This document shows, piece by piece, positions 52,790-61,040 of a DNA stretch of 64,000 nucleotides. The position numbers and the translations under genes were made by a program. Source of the DNA: Anaerolineales bacterium (GTDB taxonomy: Bacteria > Chloroflexota > Anaerolineae > Anaerolineales > UBA11579); NCBI GenBank assembly GCA_040882365.1, contig JBBEBI010000041.1, positions 16,126 through 80,125 on the forward strand. The letters are read 5' to 3'. Each line of letters starts with the position of its first letter. Positions within the stretch are counted from its first letter, which is position 1. A model generated the notes under the pieces. That model was not told where the DNA came from. It searched no databases and saw only the letters and a program-made list of their open reading frames with translations.

Positions 52790-53012
52790 AACATTGCATT
52801 TGGGTGGCCGCTTTCATAGCGGCAACTGCGAAGCCGGTGAGACTCCGGCGCTGTCCCGCAACTGTGATCCGCCTCGAGCGGCAAGCCAGGTCGCCGGCCC
52901 AGATGCCCACGCGCACCAGCGCAGCATCGCACAACCTCGCGGAAGGGGGGTGCGGCGGCCGCAACAAGTTGCGGCTTGCCTCTCCCCTGCCATCGAGCAG
53001 GGGATTTTCTTT
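52790..53012 (+). promoter_or_regulatory. Cobalamin (B12) riboswitch with terminator-type expression platform
   Basis: Conserved core GAAGCCGGTGAGACTCCGGCGCTGTCCCGCAACTGTGA (52830-52867), corresponding to GAAnnnGGUGnnAnUCCnnnnCnGnCCCGCnACUGU including the B12 box. Downstream AGCCAGGTCGCCGGCC. Flanking hairpins GCCGCT/AGCGGC and CCGC/GCGG. A G-run (AAGGGGGG) can compete with the terminator 5' arm. Confidence 0.8.
52983..53012 (+). terminator. Intrinsic terminator (riboswitch expression platform)
   Basis: TCCCCTGC-CATCGA-GCAGGGGA (8-bp stem) followed by TTTTCTTT. It ends 25 nt before the btuF-like start. Confidence 0.65.
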
Positions 53013-53037
53013 AACTCTGCATATTAAAGGAGCAACC

Positions 53038-54015
53038 ATGAAGCCTATGAAATTTCCCGTATTGTTTCTTGTCGCTTTGCTCGCCGCCGCTTGCGCCGCC
53101 CCTACGCCACAGCCGACTCTGCCCGCGCCGGCAGTGAGCGTCGCGCAGGCCACGGCCACGCCCATTCCGCCGGTCACATTTCCGCTCACGCTTGTGGATG
53201 GCCTGGGGCGCACCATCACGCTGGAGGCTCCTGCCCAACGCATCATTTCCCTGGCGCCTTCCAATACGGAGATACTCTTTGCCCTGGGCGCCAATGCTCA
53301 GTTGGTGGGCCGTGACGACGGCTCTGACTTCCCGGAGGCAGCTCTCCAAGTTGCCAGCATTGGCGATACCTTTTTGGAACTCAACGCCGAATTGATCATC
53401 AGCTTGGAACCCGATCTCGTACTGGCCGCACAAATAACCCCGATCGAGCAGGTGACGCAATTGGAACAACTCGGTATCAATGTATTCTGGTTGGCCAACC
53501 CTGTTGATTTCGAAGGCCTCTACGCAAATCTCGCCACCGTCGGCCAAATGGTCGGCCGCGAACAAGAAGCGGCCGCTTTGGCGCCATCGCTGCAAAGTCG
53601 CGTCGCCGCTGTCGATGAAGCCCTGGCCGGCGTGACCGACAAGCCAACCGTGTTCTACGAGATCGATGCCAGTGACCCGGCCGCACCCTGGACCACGGGT
53701 ACCGGAACCTTCCTCGATTTGCTGATTACCCGCGCTGGCGGCCAAAACGCGGCCGCCGCACTGCAAGGCGACTATGCCCAGATAAGCATCGAGGAGCTGC
53801 TGGTTCAGGATCCTGATTTCATCCTCTTGGGCGATGCGCTCTACGGCGTGACCGTGGAATCGGTAGGCCAACGCGCCGGTTGGAGCGATCTTTCTGCGGT
53901 GCGGAATGGAAACGTTGTCCCCTTCGACCCAAACAAGGCCACCCGCCCCGGCCCGCGCCTCGTGGATGCCCTCGAGGAGTTGGCCCGGCTGTTACACCCG
54001 GACCTGTTCAACTAA
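53038..54015 (+). CDS. btuF: Cobalamin/siderophore-type periplasmic binding protein (PBP8), lipoprotein
   Basis: AAAGGAG RBS, then MKPMKFPVLFLVALLAAAC (signal peptide plus lipobox Cys). RIISLAPSNTEILFALGANAQLVGRDDGSDFPEAA is the BtuF/FhuD-family entry motif. The track ORF start at 52804 runs through the riboswitch and is rejected. Confidence 0.75.
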   Translation: MKPMKFPVLFLVALLAAACAAPTPQPTLPAPAVSVAQATATPIPPVTFPLTLVDGLGRTITLEAPAQRIISLAPSNTEILFALGANAQLVGRDDGSDFPEAALQVASIGDTFLELNAELIISLEPDLVLAAQITPIEQVTQLEQLGINVFWLANPVDFEGLYANLATVGQMVGREQEAAALAPSLQSRVAAVDEALAGVTDKPTVFYEIDASDPAAPWTTGTGTFLDLLITRAGGQNAAAALQGDYAQISIEELLVQDPDFILLGDALYGVTVESVGQRAGWSDLSAVRNGNVVPFDPNKATRPGPRLVDALEELARLLHPDLFN

Positions 54016-54068
54016 GTTCTGATGGAGAAGGGATGCCAATCCTGCTTCCCTTCTAAAACGAGCGGCCA

Positions 54069-55067
54069 TTGCGCAAGCATCCATTTCTGCTTAACTCACT
54101 GCTCTTGGCGATCGCCGTCATCCTAAGTGTGGCGATCGGCTCTGTGTTCATTCCGCCTGCGGTCTTGCTAAGTGCGCTTTTTGGCGGCGCCGTGGAAAGC
54201 GCCCAGACCACTATCATCTTCGACATCCGCTTGCCGCATACGCTCTTGGTTGCCATCACCGGGGCGGCCCTGGCCGGCAGCGGCACTGCTTATCAGGGCC
54301 TCTTCCGCAATCCATTGGCCGATCCTTATCTCATCGGGGTTGCGTCTGGAGCCGGGTTGGGCGCTGTGTTCGTCATGGCCAGCGCCTGGCCCAAGACTCT
54401 CCTCGGCTTCTACACCATCCCCGCAGCTGCCTTCCTGGGCGCGCTGCTGGCTGTCGCCGTCGTCCTGAGCATTGCTCGTCTGGGCAAGACCATTCCGGTC
54501 ACCACGCTCTTGCTGGCGGGTGTTGCGGTGAGCTCGTTCACCACAGCGCTCAGTTCTTTTCTAATGCTGCAATCGGAAAGCGAGCTGCGCCGCGCCATCA
54601 GTTGGCTGCTCGGTGGTTCCGCGCTAAGCGGCTGGCAGCCAGTCATCGCCATTCTTCCTTATGTGGCGGTCGGCCTTGGCATCCTTTTGTTTTCGGGCCA
54701 CCAACTCAACGTACTGCAATCTGGGGAGGAACAGGCGCAGCAATTGGGCATGCCCGTGGAGCGCGTCAAACTACTTTTGATTGGCGCCGCGTCCTTGGCG
54801 GCAGCCGCCGCCGTCGCCTTCTCCGGCATGATCGGTTTTATCGGCCTCATCGTGCCGCATGCCCTTCGCCTGGTCTGGGGAGCCGACCACCGGCGCCTCC
54901 TCCCCTTGTCAGTCCTTGGGGGCGCAACAGCGCTCCTGCTGGCGGATGTATTGGCGCGCTCTCTTTTTGCGCCCGAAGTGTTGCCGGTCGGCATCCTTAC
55001 CGCCCTGGCGGGCGTGCCATTTTTCTTGTGGCTCCTCCGCCGTGCCCGCGCACAGATGATCTGGTAG
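54069..55067 (+). CDS. btuC: FecCD-family ABC permease
   Basis: 332 aa with about 9-10 TM spans. ...LAGSGTAYQGLFRNPLADPYLIGVASGAGLGAV... is the FecCD/BtuC signature. TTG start as in the track. Confidence 0.75.
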   Translation: MRKHPFLLNSLLLAIAVILSVAIGSVFIPPAVLLSALFGGAVESAQTTIIFDIRLPHTLLVAITGAALAGSGTAYQGLFRNPLADPYLIGVASGAGLGAVFVMASAWPKTLLGFYTIPAAAFLGALLAVAVVLSIARLGKTIPVTTLLLAGVAVSSFTTALSSFLMLQSESELRRAISWLLGGSALSGWQPVIAILPYVAVGLGILLFSGHQLNVLQSGEEQAQQLGMPVERVKLLLIGAASLAAAAAVAFSGMIGFIGLIVPHALRLVWGADHRRLLPLSVLGGATALLLADVLARSLFAPEVLPVGILTALAGVPFFLWLLRRARAQMIW

Positions 55068-55069
55068 CC

Positions 55070-55834
55070 ATGCTTTACGCCAATTCGCTAACCGTCTCTT
55101 ATGGGAAACTCGAGGTGCTCCGCAACCTTGATATCGAGATCCTTTCTGGGATGCTGCTGGGCGTCATAGGCCCCAATGGTTCAGGAAAAACTACGTTGAT
55201 TCGGGCTTTGAGCGGCGTGATTGAACATACGTTAGGATCCGTCCAACTTTCAGGAAAAGAGCTGGCCGAGTTCTCCGAAGCTGAACGCGCCCGCCACATT
55301 GCCGTCGTCCCTCAGTCTGCCTCGTTACCTCCGGCCTTCACCGTCTTCGAATGCGTGGCTTTGGGCCGTACGCCGCATTTGAATTGGCTCGGCAGGTTGG
55401 GTTCGCACGATCTTGACCAGATCCAGCGTGCCATGCACGCCTGCGAAATCAGCCACTTGGCCGAGCGCCGCGCCGCCGAACTCTCCGGCGGCGAACAGCA
55501 GCGCGTGCTTCTGGCCCGCGCCCTAGCTCAGGACTGCCCTATCTTGCTCCTCGATGAACCAACCGCCCATCTGGATCTCCATCACCAGGTCGCCTTGCTC
55601 AACCTCATGCGCCGCATGGCGAAAGAGAACAGCCTTGCTGTTCTCGTCGCAATGCACGACCTGAATCTGGCGGCCCTCTATGCAGACCAGTTGGTGTTGC
55701 TGGTCAACGGGCGCGTACGCGCCTCCGGCTCCCCGGCCGAAGTCTTGACCGCAGACATCTTGCAGGAAGCCTACCGCGTCCCCTTGCAGGTGCATCCGAA
55801 TCCCCGGCACGGGATGCCGTGGATCGTCCTGTAG
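55070..55834 (+). CDS. btuD: ABC transporter ATPase of the BtuD/FepC type
   Basis: ATG 55070, 3 nt after the permease stop. MLYANSLTVSYGK...GPNGSGKTTL (Walker A), LSGGEQQRVLLARAL, ILLLDEPTAHLD. The track ORF start at 54602 is an out-of-frame read-through of the permease gene. Confidence 0.8.
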   Translation: MLYANSLTVSYGKLEVLRNLDIEILSGMLLGVIGPNGSGKTTLIRALSGVIEHTLGSVQLSGKELAEFSEAERARHIAVVPQSASLPPAFTVFECVALGRTPHLNWLGRLGSHDLDQIQRAMHACEISHLAERRAAELSGGEQQRVLLARALAQDCPILLLDEPTAHLDLHHQVALLNLMRRMAKENSLAVLVAMHDLNLAALYADQLVLLVNGRVRASGSPAEVLTADILQEAYRVPLQVHPNPRHGMPWIVL

Positions 55835-55880
55835 TCAGCTGAATTCGCAGCCTTCCTTTATCGCTCGTCGCGGCCCTTGG

Positions 55881-55889
55881 TGCTAGAAT
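55881..55889 (+). promoter_or_regulatory. Putative extended -10 promoter (TGcTAGAAT) of the response-regulator gene
   Basis: TGCTAGAAT ends 9 nt before ATG 55899, so the transcript would be leaderless or nearly so. No Shine-Dalgarno sequence is present. Confidence 0.35.
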
Positions 55890-55898
55890 GCCCGCATT

Positions 55899-56942
55899 AT
55901 GCCGTCAAGACGGATTCTCCTCGTTGAGGATCAAAAGGAAAGCGCCGAGGTATTCCGCGCTGGTCTGGAAAGCCTGGAACAGGATTTTGATGTCGTTACG
56001 GTCGCCTCAGCGGAAGAAGCCCTCCATGCTCTGGATGCCTCTGAGTTCGATCTGCTAATGGCCGACGTGCTGCTTCCTGGCATCTCGGGCCTGGAGTTGA
56101 TGGTCCGTTTCCGCCGCCGCAATCCAGATACCAAAGCCATCTTAGTCAGCGGAGTGCGCGACCCGGAGATTCGCAAGCAGGTTGCCCGCTCTGGGGCAGA
56201 TGCCTTTTTCTTCAAGCCCGTGGAGCTCTCCGACTTGCTGGATGCAGTCGAGCGCCTATTTGGGCTGGCCTCCAGCTTCCTGCCTTCCGAGCTTTCGGCA
56301 GTCAAAGGTGAAGGCACGCCGGCGGACGGTTCGGCCAAGCACGTTTCCGACCAGCTTGCTGAATTGCGCTTTCACTTGCAGGCGCTGAGTGTGGCGCTGA
56401 TCAATGAGCGCGGCCAAATTCTGGCGCGCGCTGGCGCCTTGCCAGATGGAGAAATCGAAACATCCCTTATGCCCCATCTCATGTCAGCCTTCTTTGCCGC
56501 CGGGCGCATCGCCGCCTTCGCCAAATCGGCTCAGCCGGACGACTTCCTGCTTTTCCGCGGCAAGCGTTACCACCTGCATCTGTGCAGCGTGAGCCCGATG
56601 TACGCTCTGCTGGTGGCCACCAAGCCGCTAAGAGCGGCGCGCATGGCCGCCACCGCCGAAGCCCTGCAGAAAGCCGTTTTACGCGTGAGCAGCGAGCTAG
56701 GGAAATTGGAGAAGGCGGCCCTGGCCAGCGCGGTGGTTGTGGAAAAGGCGCCCAAGAAAATGGGCGACACGGATCCCCAGCTTGAGCGCCTCATGGATAA
56801 GGCCGAAACCAAACCTATGAGCCGCAGCCAGACCGATAAATATTGGAAGAAGAAGGAAATGGAGCCCCAGCCTGTTTCCCGGCCCGGCGCTCTTACTTAT
56901 GAGCAAGCCGTGCAGCTCGGCCTGGCCCCGCGGGAAAATTAG
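55899..56942 (+). CDS. Response regulator: REC domain plus uncharacterised C-terminal domain
   Basis: RILLVEDQKE...DLLMADVLLPGISGLEL...AILVSGV...ADAFFFKPV (CheY-like D-D-T/S-K pattern). The C-terminal 200 or so aa have no DNA-binding motif I recognise (possibly Roadblock/LC7-like: ALINERGQILARAG...). The tail is Lys/Glu-rich. Confidence 0.7.
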   Translation: MPSRRILLVEDQKESAEVFRAGLESLEQDFDVVTVASAEEALHALDASEFDLLMADVLLPGISGLELMVRFRRRNPDTKAILVSGVRDPEIRKQVARSGADAFFFKPVELSDLLDAVERLFGLASSFLPSELSAVKGEGTPADGSAKHVSDQLAELRFHLQALSVALINERGQILARAGALPDGEIETSLMPHLMSAFFAAGRIAAFAKSAQPDDFLLFRGKRYHLHLCSVSPMYALLVATKPLRAARMAATAEALQKAVLRVSSELGKLEKAALASAVVVEKAPKKMGDTDPQLERLMDKAETKPMSRSQTDKYWKKKEMEPQPVSRPGALTYEQAVQLGLAPREN

Positions 56943-57100
56943 CTATTTACTGCCAACTATCGGATAGACAAACAAATAGCCCGCCTTCCATCGCTTATCC
57001 AACAATCCACTAATTCCGGAACATGCCTATAACCCTCTAATCGGCACGTTGTTCGACATGTTACAATTTGCCCTCTTTGCCTGACCGCGCACGGGAAAAT

Positions 57101-57171
57101 TGGGGCGTGGTGCAATGGTAGCACACCGGCCTTTGAAGCCGTGGATCCTGGTTCGAGCCCAGGCGCCCCGA
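57101..57171 (+). tRNA. tRNA-Gln (anticodon UUG)
   Basis: Manual cloverleaf: acceptor TGGGGCG/CGCCCCG (U1-G72), D stem GTGC/GCAC, anticodon stem CCGGC/GCCGT with loop CTTTGAA (anticodon TTG), T arm CCTGG-TTCGAGC-CCAGG, discriminator A. CCA is not encoded. Close to E. coli tRNA-Gln in layout. Confidence 0.85.
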
Positions 57172-57262
57172 CCTGGTTCATTGAACAAATGCCAATCTCA
57201 ACTTCTGAAGAACCACCTTTAGCTCTTACATTCCGATTCACCACCGAAATGGGTCACTGCCG

Positions 57263-58618
57263 GTGAGCGCCCGCGTTGTCTTGCTGGCCGCAGGCAAGGG
57301 TACCCGCATGCGTTCGCGGCTTCCCAAGCTCTTGCACCCGTTGGGTGGCCAGCCCATGGTTCTGCATGGCCTCCAAGCCGCCGAAGGGGTTGGCGACGGG
57401 CTGCCGGTCCTGGTCGTAGGGCACGGGGCTGAGGGTGTTCGTGCTGTGGTGGGGCCTCGCGCAGAATTTGTAGAGCAGGCCGAACTACTTGGCACAGGCC
57501 ATGCCTTGCTTCAAACAAAGTCGCTCTTGGCCGGCCGCGCTGATCTGATCGTGGTTTCCAACGCCGATCTTCCCCTGCTTCAGGCTCAAACCCTCAAGCT
57601 CTTACTTGCCAAACAAAAGGCGAACAAAGGCCCTTTCACCATGCTCACGCTCAAGCAAAAAGAGGCACGTGGATTTGGTCGCGTGAAACGCAACAAATCC
57701 GGCCGCGTTGCGGTAATCATTGAGGAGGCAGAAGCGACTCCCAGACAATTGGCCATCGATGAACTGAACGTTGGCGCTTATTGCTTCCGCGCCGAATGGC
57801 TGTGGCCGGCACTCGAGAAGCTAAAACCCTCGCCAAAGAAAAAGGAATACTATTTGACTGATCTGCTTGAGCTCGCCGTGAAATCCGGTAAGCGCGTAGA
57901 GACCGTTGCCCTGGACGATCCTGATGAAGCCATTGGCATCAACACCCGCGAGCACCTGGCCGAGGCCGAAGCCGCCTTGCGCAGGCGCATCAACCGGCAT
58001 TGGATGCTCGCGGGCGTCACGCTGATAGACCCACAGTCCACTTACATCGAAAGCGGTGTGACCATCGGGCAGGATACGAAAATCTGGCCGAACACGATGC
58101 TGCTTGGCAACACGCACATTGGCCAGGATTGCGCGGTAGGGCCAAACACGGTGGTACGCGACAGCCGTATCGGCGATGCCTGCAAGATAGAAGCCGCCGT
58201 TGTGGAGACCGCAATAATCGAAAATAACGTGGACATCGGCCCCTTTGCCCATTTGCGCAAAGGCGCCAAGCTCGGTGATGGCGTGCACATAGGCAATTTC
58301 GGCGAAGTGAAAGATTCGGCCCTTGGGCCCGGTGTTAAGATGGGCCACTTTTCCTACATCGGGGATGCCACCATCGGCGCCAACGTGAACATCGGCGCCG
58401 GCACCATCACCGCCAACTATGATGGCGTCAACAAAAACAAGACCGTAATCGAAGAAGGCGTGTTCATCGGCAGTGACACGATGCTGGTGGCTCCTCTGCA
58501 TATCGGCAAAGGCGCCCGCACCGGCGCGGGCGCCGTCGTCACCAAAGACGTGCCCGCTCACACGGTGGTGGTTGGCGTGCCAGCCCGTGCTATCCGTAAA
58601 TTGGAGGGATCTGATTAG
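57263..58618 (+). CDS. glmU: Bifunctional UDP-N-acetylglucosamine pyrophosphorylase / glucosamine-1-phosphate N-acetyltransferase
   Basis: GTG start. VVLLAAGKGTRMRSRLPKLLHPLGGQPMV, then C-terminal left-handed beta-helix hexapeptide repeats (...IGDACKIEAAVVETAIIENNVDIGPFAHLRKGAKLGDGVHIGNFGEVK...). Confidence 0.9.
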   Translation: MSARVVLLAAGKGTRMRSRLPKLLHPLGGQPMVLHGLQAAEGVGDGLPVLVVGHGAEGVRAVVGPRAEFVEQAELLGTGHALLQTKSLLAGRADLIVVSNADLPLLQAQTLKLLLAKQKANKGPFTMLTLKQKEARGFGRVKRNKSGRVAVIIEEAEATPRQLAIDELNVGAYCFRAEWLWPALEKLKPSPKKKEYYLTDLLELAVKSGKRVETVALDDPDEAIGINTREHLAEAEAALRRRINRHWMLAGVTLIDPQSTYIESGVTIGQDTKIWPNTMLLGNTHIGQDCAVGPNTVVRDSRIGDACKIEAAVVETAIIENNVDIGPFAHLRKGAKLGDGVHIGNFGEVKDSALGPGVKMGHFSYIGDATIGANVNIGAGTITANYDGVNKNKTVIEEGVFIGSDTMLVAPLHIGKGARTGAGAVVTKDVPAHTVVVGVPARAIRKLEGSD

Positions 58619-58625
58619 TTCGCTT

Positions 58626-59891
58626 GTGGTTCTGCTCGTCTTTCTGTTAGCCATCGACTTGATCATTACCGCCACGCGGGCGGGCATCCTGAACGCCCGC
58701 TATGCCCGGCTGGCCTCGCTCAGCGAAGAACTGGGCAAGCAAGTCGATCGCGCCCTTGAACTGTTGAGGCGGCGCGCCAGTCTGCGGGATAGCTTGCGCT
58801 TGGCGCTCACCTTGTTGCGTTTCATGATCGCCGGCCTCGCCCTGGCGCTGCTCATACCGCTCGAGGCCGCTGTCATTCCTCTCCAAAACCTCATCGTCCT
58901 CCTGCTTCTCGTTGGCTTGTTCATTTGGTTGTTTGAATACTTCGTCGAGCGCCGAGTGGCTCGCAACCCGGAGGATTGGGCATTGCGCCTCACGCCCTTG
59001 GCCCGCGTCATCGCCCTCGTGATGCGCCCTCTCTTGGCGCTTCCCGCTCGTCTCTCCACTCGCAGCGGCGGAGAGCCTCAACAATTGGTCACCATCACCG
59101 AAGAGGAACTCCGTTCCTTTGTGGATGCCAGCCAGCGCCAGGGCGTCTTGGAACAGGATGAACGAAAGATGATCTTTTCCATTTTCGAATTCAGTGACAC
59201 CCTGGTCAGAGAGATCATGGTGCCCCGCATCGATATCTTCGCCCTGGATGTAGGAATACCGGTTCAGGAAGCGGGCGCCGCTTTGCTCGCATCTGGTTAT
59301 TCCCGCGTGCCGGTGTTCAAAGAAAATATCGATAATATCGTGGGCCTGCTTTACGCTAAAGACCTGCTCAAGGTATGGCGCTCACCTGGTCAAATCACAT
59401 CGCTGCGCGAGTTGCTGCGCCCAGCCAACTTCGTCCCCGAATCGAAGAAGCTCGATGACTTGTTGGGCGAAATGCAGGGAGGCAGCATTCACATCGCCAT
59501 TGTGGTGGATGAATACGGGGGAGTGGCGGGCCTGGTCACCCTGGAAGATATCGTCGAAGAGATTGTGGGCGAGATCCAGGACGAGTACGATCAAGGGGAA
59601 GAGTCCTCTTATCAGCAGATCTCGGAGCATGAATTCCTCTTTCATGGGCGCATCAACCTGGACGACTTCAACGAAGTCGTGGGCAGCCAGTTAAGCAGTG
59701 AGGATGCCGATACGCTCGGTGGCTATCTTTTCAGCCGTATCGGCCGCGTCCCCAAGGCGGGAGACAAGTTGGAAGAAGGGGGCGTGACATTGACCATCGA
59801 GCAAATTGCCGGGCGCCGTATTCGCCGCGTGCGCGCCCAACATGCGGTAAGCGCAAGCTCATCCACAGAGAAGGAAACAAATGCTAAATAA
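58626..59891 (+). CDS. CNNM/CorC/HlyC-family protein (DUF21 TM domain + CBS pair + CorC_HlyC)
   Basis: TM N-terminus, ...ITEEELRSFVDASQRQGVLEQDERKMIFSIFEFSDTLVREIMVPR... (CBS entry), ...HIAIVVDEYGGVAGLVTLEDIVEEIVGEIQDEYD..., and the C-terminal CorC_HlyC domain. The start is uncertain (GTG 58626 chosen). The track start at 58473 overlaps glmU. Confidence 0.8.
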   Translation: MVLLVFLLAIDLIITATRAGILNARYARLASLSEELGKQVDRALELLRRRASLRDSLRLALTLLRFMIAGLALALLIPLEAAVIPLQNLIVLLLLVGLFIWLFEYFVERRVARNPEDWALRLTPLARVIALVMRPLLALPARLSTRSGGEPQQLVTITEEELRSFVDASQRQGVLEQDERKMIFSIFEFSDTLVREIMVPRIDIFALDVGIPVQEAGAALLASGYSRVPVFKENIDNIVGLLYAKDLLKVWRSPGQITSLRELLRPANFVPESKKLDDLLGEMQGGSIHIAIVVDEYGGVAGLVTLEDIVEEIVGEIQDEYDQGEESSYQQISEHEFLFHGRINLDDFNEVVGSQLSSEDADTLGGYLFSRIGRVPKAGDKLEEGGVTLTIEQIAGRRIRRVRAQHAVSASSSTEKETNAK

Positions 59892-60291
59892 GACCCAGCG
59901 AGCGGAACTGATAAACGCGGCCAAGCAGGCACGCGCCAGTGCCTACGCACCTTACTCCAAATACCACGTTGGCGCCGCGCTGCTCACCGCCTCCGGCAAG
60001 ATCTACCTGGGCGCCAACATCGAGAACGCCGCCTACCCGGATTCGATCTGCGCAGAGCGCGTGGCCATATTCACCGCGGTAACCGAAGGCGAGCGTGCCT
60101 TCCAGGCGATTGCCGTGGTCACTTCGGATGGCGGCACGCCCTGCGGCTCCTGCCGCCAGGTCCTCGCCGAATTCTCTCTGGATGCCAACGTGCTGATCGC
60201 CAACGAAAAGGGCGAGATAGTGCGCGAAGAAACCGTAGCTAGTCTCCTGCCCGGGGCTTTTGGCCCACAGAATCTAAAAGCCACGCTCTAG
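59881..60291 (+). CDS. cdd: Cytidine deaminase
   Basis: YAPYSKYHVGAALL...NIENAAYP..ICAERVAIF...PCGSCRQVLAEF (CAE and PCGxCRQ zinc motifs). Confidence 0.9.
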   Translation: MLNKTQRAELINAAKQARASAYAPYSKYHVGAALLTASGKIYLGANIENAAYPDSICAERVAIFTAVTEGERAFQAIAVVTSDGGTPCGSCRQVLAEFSLDANVLIANEKGEIVREETVASLLPGAFGPQNLKATL

Positions 60292-60307
60292 CTTCAAGAT
60301 TCCTTCG

Positions 60308-61030
60308 ATGCGCACGCTCATTATCAGCGACATTCACGCCAATGCGTCTGCATTGGATAGCGTGTTGAAGGCTGCCGGTGAGGTGGATGCCGTCTGGTGT
60401 CTGGGGGATGTGGTGGGCTATGGCCCCGACCCGAACGAGTGTATTGCCCGCTTGAAAGACCTTCGGGGCTTGGTTTGTTTGCAGGGCAACCACGACGCTG
60501 CCGCCATTGGCAACCTGAGCTTGGATGGCTTCAACGTCGAGGCGCGGAGCTCCATCGAATGGCTCCGCAACTGCCTGTCGCCCGACGACCAGGCCTTCCT
60601 GAAAAAGTTACAGCCTCGCAGCGAAGAGAACGGCGTGACCCTAGCGCACGCCAGCCCGCGCCAGCCCGTTTTGGAATATTTATTGGACAGCTATTCCGCA
60701 AGCGAGAATTTCAATTACTTCAGCACCGACTATTGCTTCGTTGGCCACACGCATGTTCCCGTGCTTTTCTTCCTCCGCAGCAAAGTGGTGGATTTGCAGG
60801 TGCCGCTCGCCAATACCCAGACTGAGCTGAAACGCCGCTGCATTGCCAATCCGGGCTCGGTGGGCCAGCCCCGCGATCGCGATCCACGCGCCGCTTTTGC
60901 CGTCTTCGATAATGAGACCGAAGCCTGGGATTATCGCCGGGTGGAATACGATATTGCCTCTGTGCAGGCTCGTATGCGCGCCGCCGGATTGCCGGACAGG
61001 CACATTGCCCGCCTCGCCAGCGGCTGGTAA
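60308..61030 (+). CDS. Metallophosphoesterase (calcineurin-like, YfcE/MJ0936-type)
   Basis: IISDIHAN...WCLGDVVGYGPDP...LQGNHD...VGHTH...NPGSVGQPRD. Confidence 0.8.
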   Translation: MRTLIISDIHANASALDSVLKAAGEVDAVWCLGDVVGYGPDPNECIARLKDLRGLVCLQGNHDAAAIGNLSLDGFNVEARSSIEWLRNCLSPDDQAFLKKLQPRSEENGVTLAHASPRQPVLEYLLDSYSASENFNYFSTDYCFVGHTHVPVLFFLRSKVVDLQVPLANTQTELKRRCIANPGSVGQPRDRDPRAAFAVFDNETEAWDYRRVEYDIASVQARMRAAGLPDRHIARLASGW

Positions 61031-61040
61031 CTAGCCTAAT

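Noticed and set aside
52788-53294. 168-aa minus ORF, and the 5' extension (52804..53037) of the 403-aa plus ORF
   Set aside because: Both run through the cobalamin riboswitch and its terminator. The real plus-strand CDS starts at ATG 53038, with an AAAGGAG RBS and a lipoprotein signal peptide.
53011-53871. 286-aa minus-strand ORF
   Set aside because: It is antisense to the BtuF-like binding-protein gene and has no motifs. It is an Arg/Gly-rich shadow.
54602-55069. N-terminal 156 aa of the 410-aa ORF 54602..55834
   Set aside because: This is an out-of-frame read-through of the permease gene with a Pro/Arg/Gly-rich translation. The ATPase begins at ATG 55070, just after the permease stop.
57101-57171. 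tRNA-Gln as an integration site (att) for the glycan locus
   Set aside because: The tRNA lies 4.4 kb beyond the locus edge, with the btu operon and a regulator in between. I could not find a direct repeat of its 3' end elsewhere in the window. A proper repeat search would be needed.
56957-57244. 95-aa minus ORF overlapping the tRNA-Gln gene
   Set aside because: It overlaps a well-folding tRNA on the opposite strand and has no coding features.
57821-58687. 288-aa minus-strand ORF
   Set aside because: It is antisense to the hexapeptide-repeat region of glmU. Repeats give long open antisense frames.
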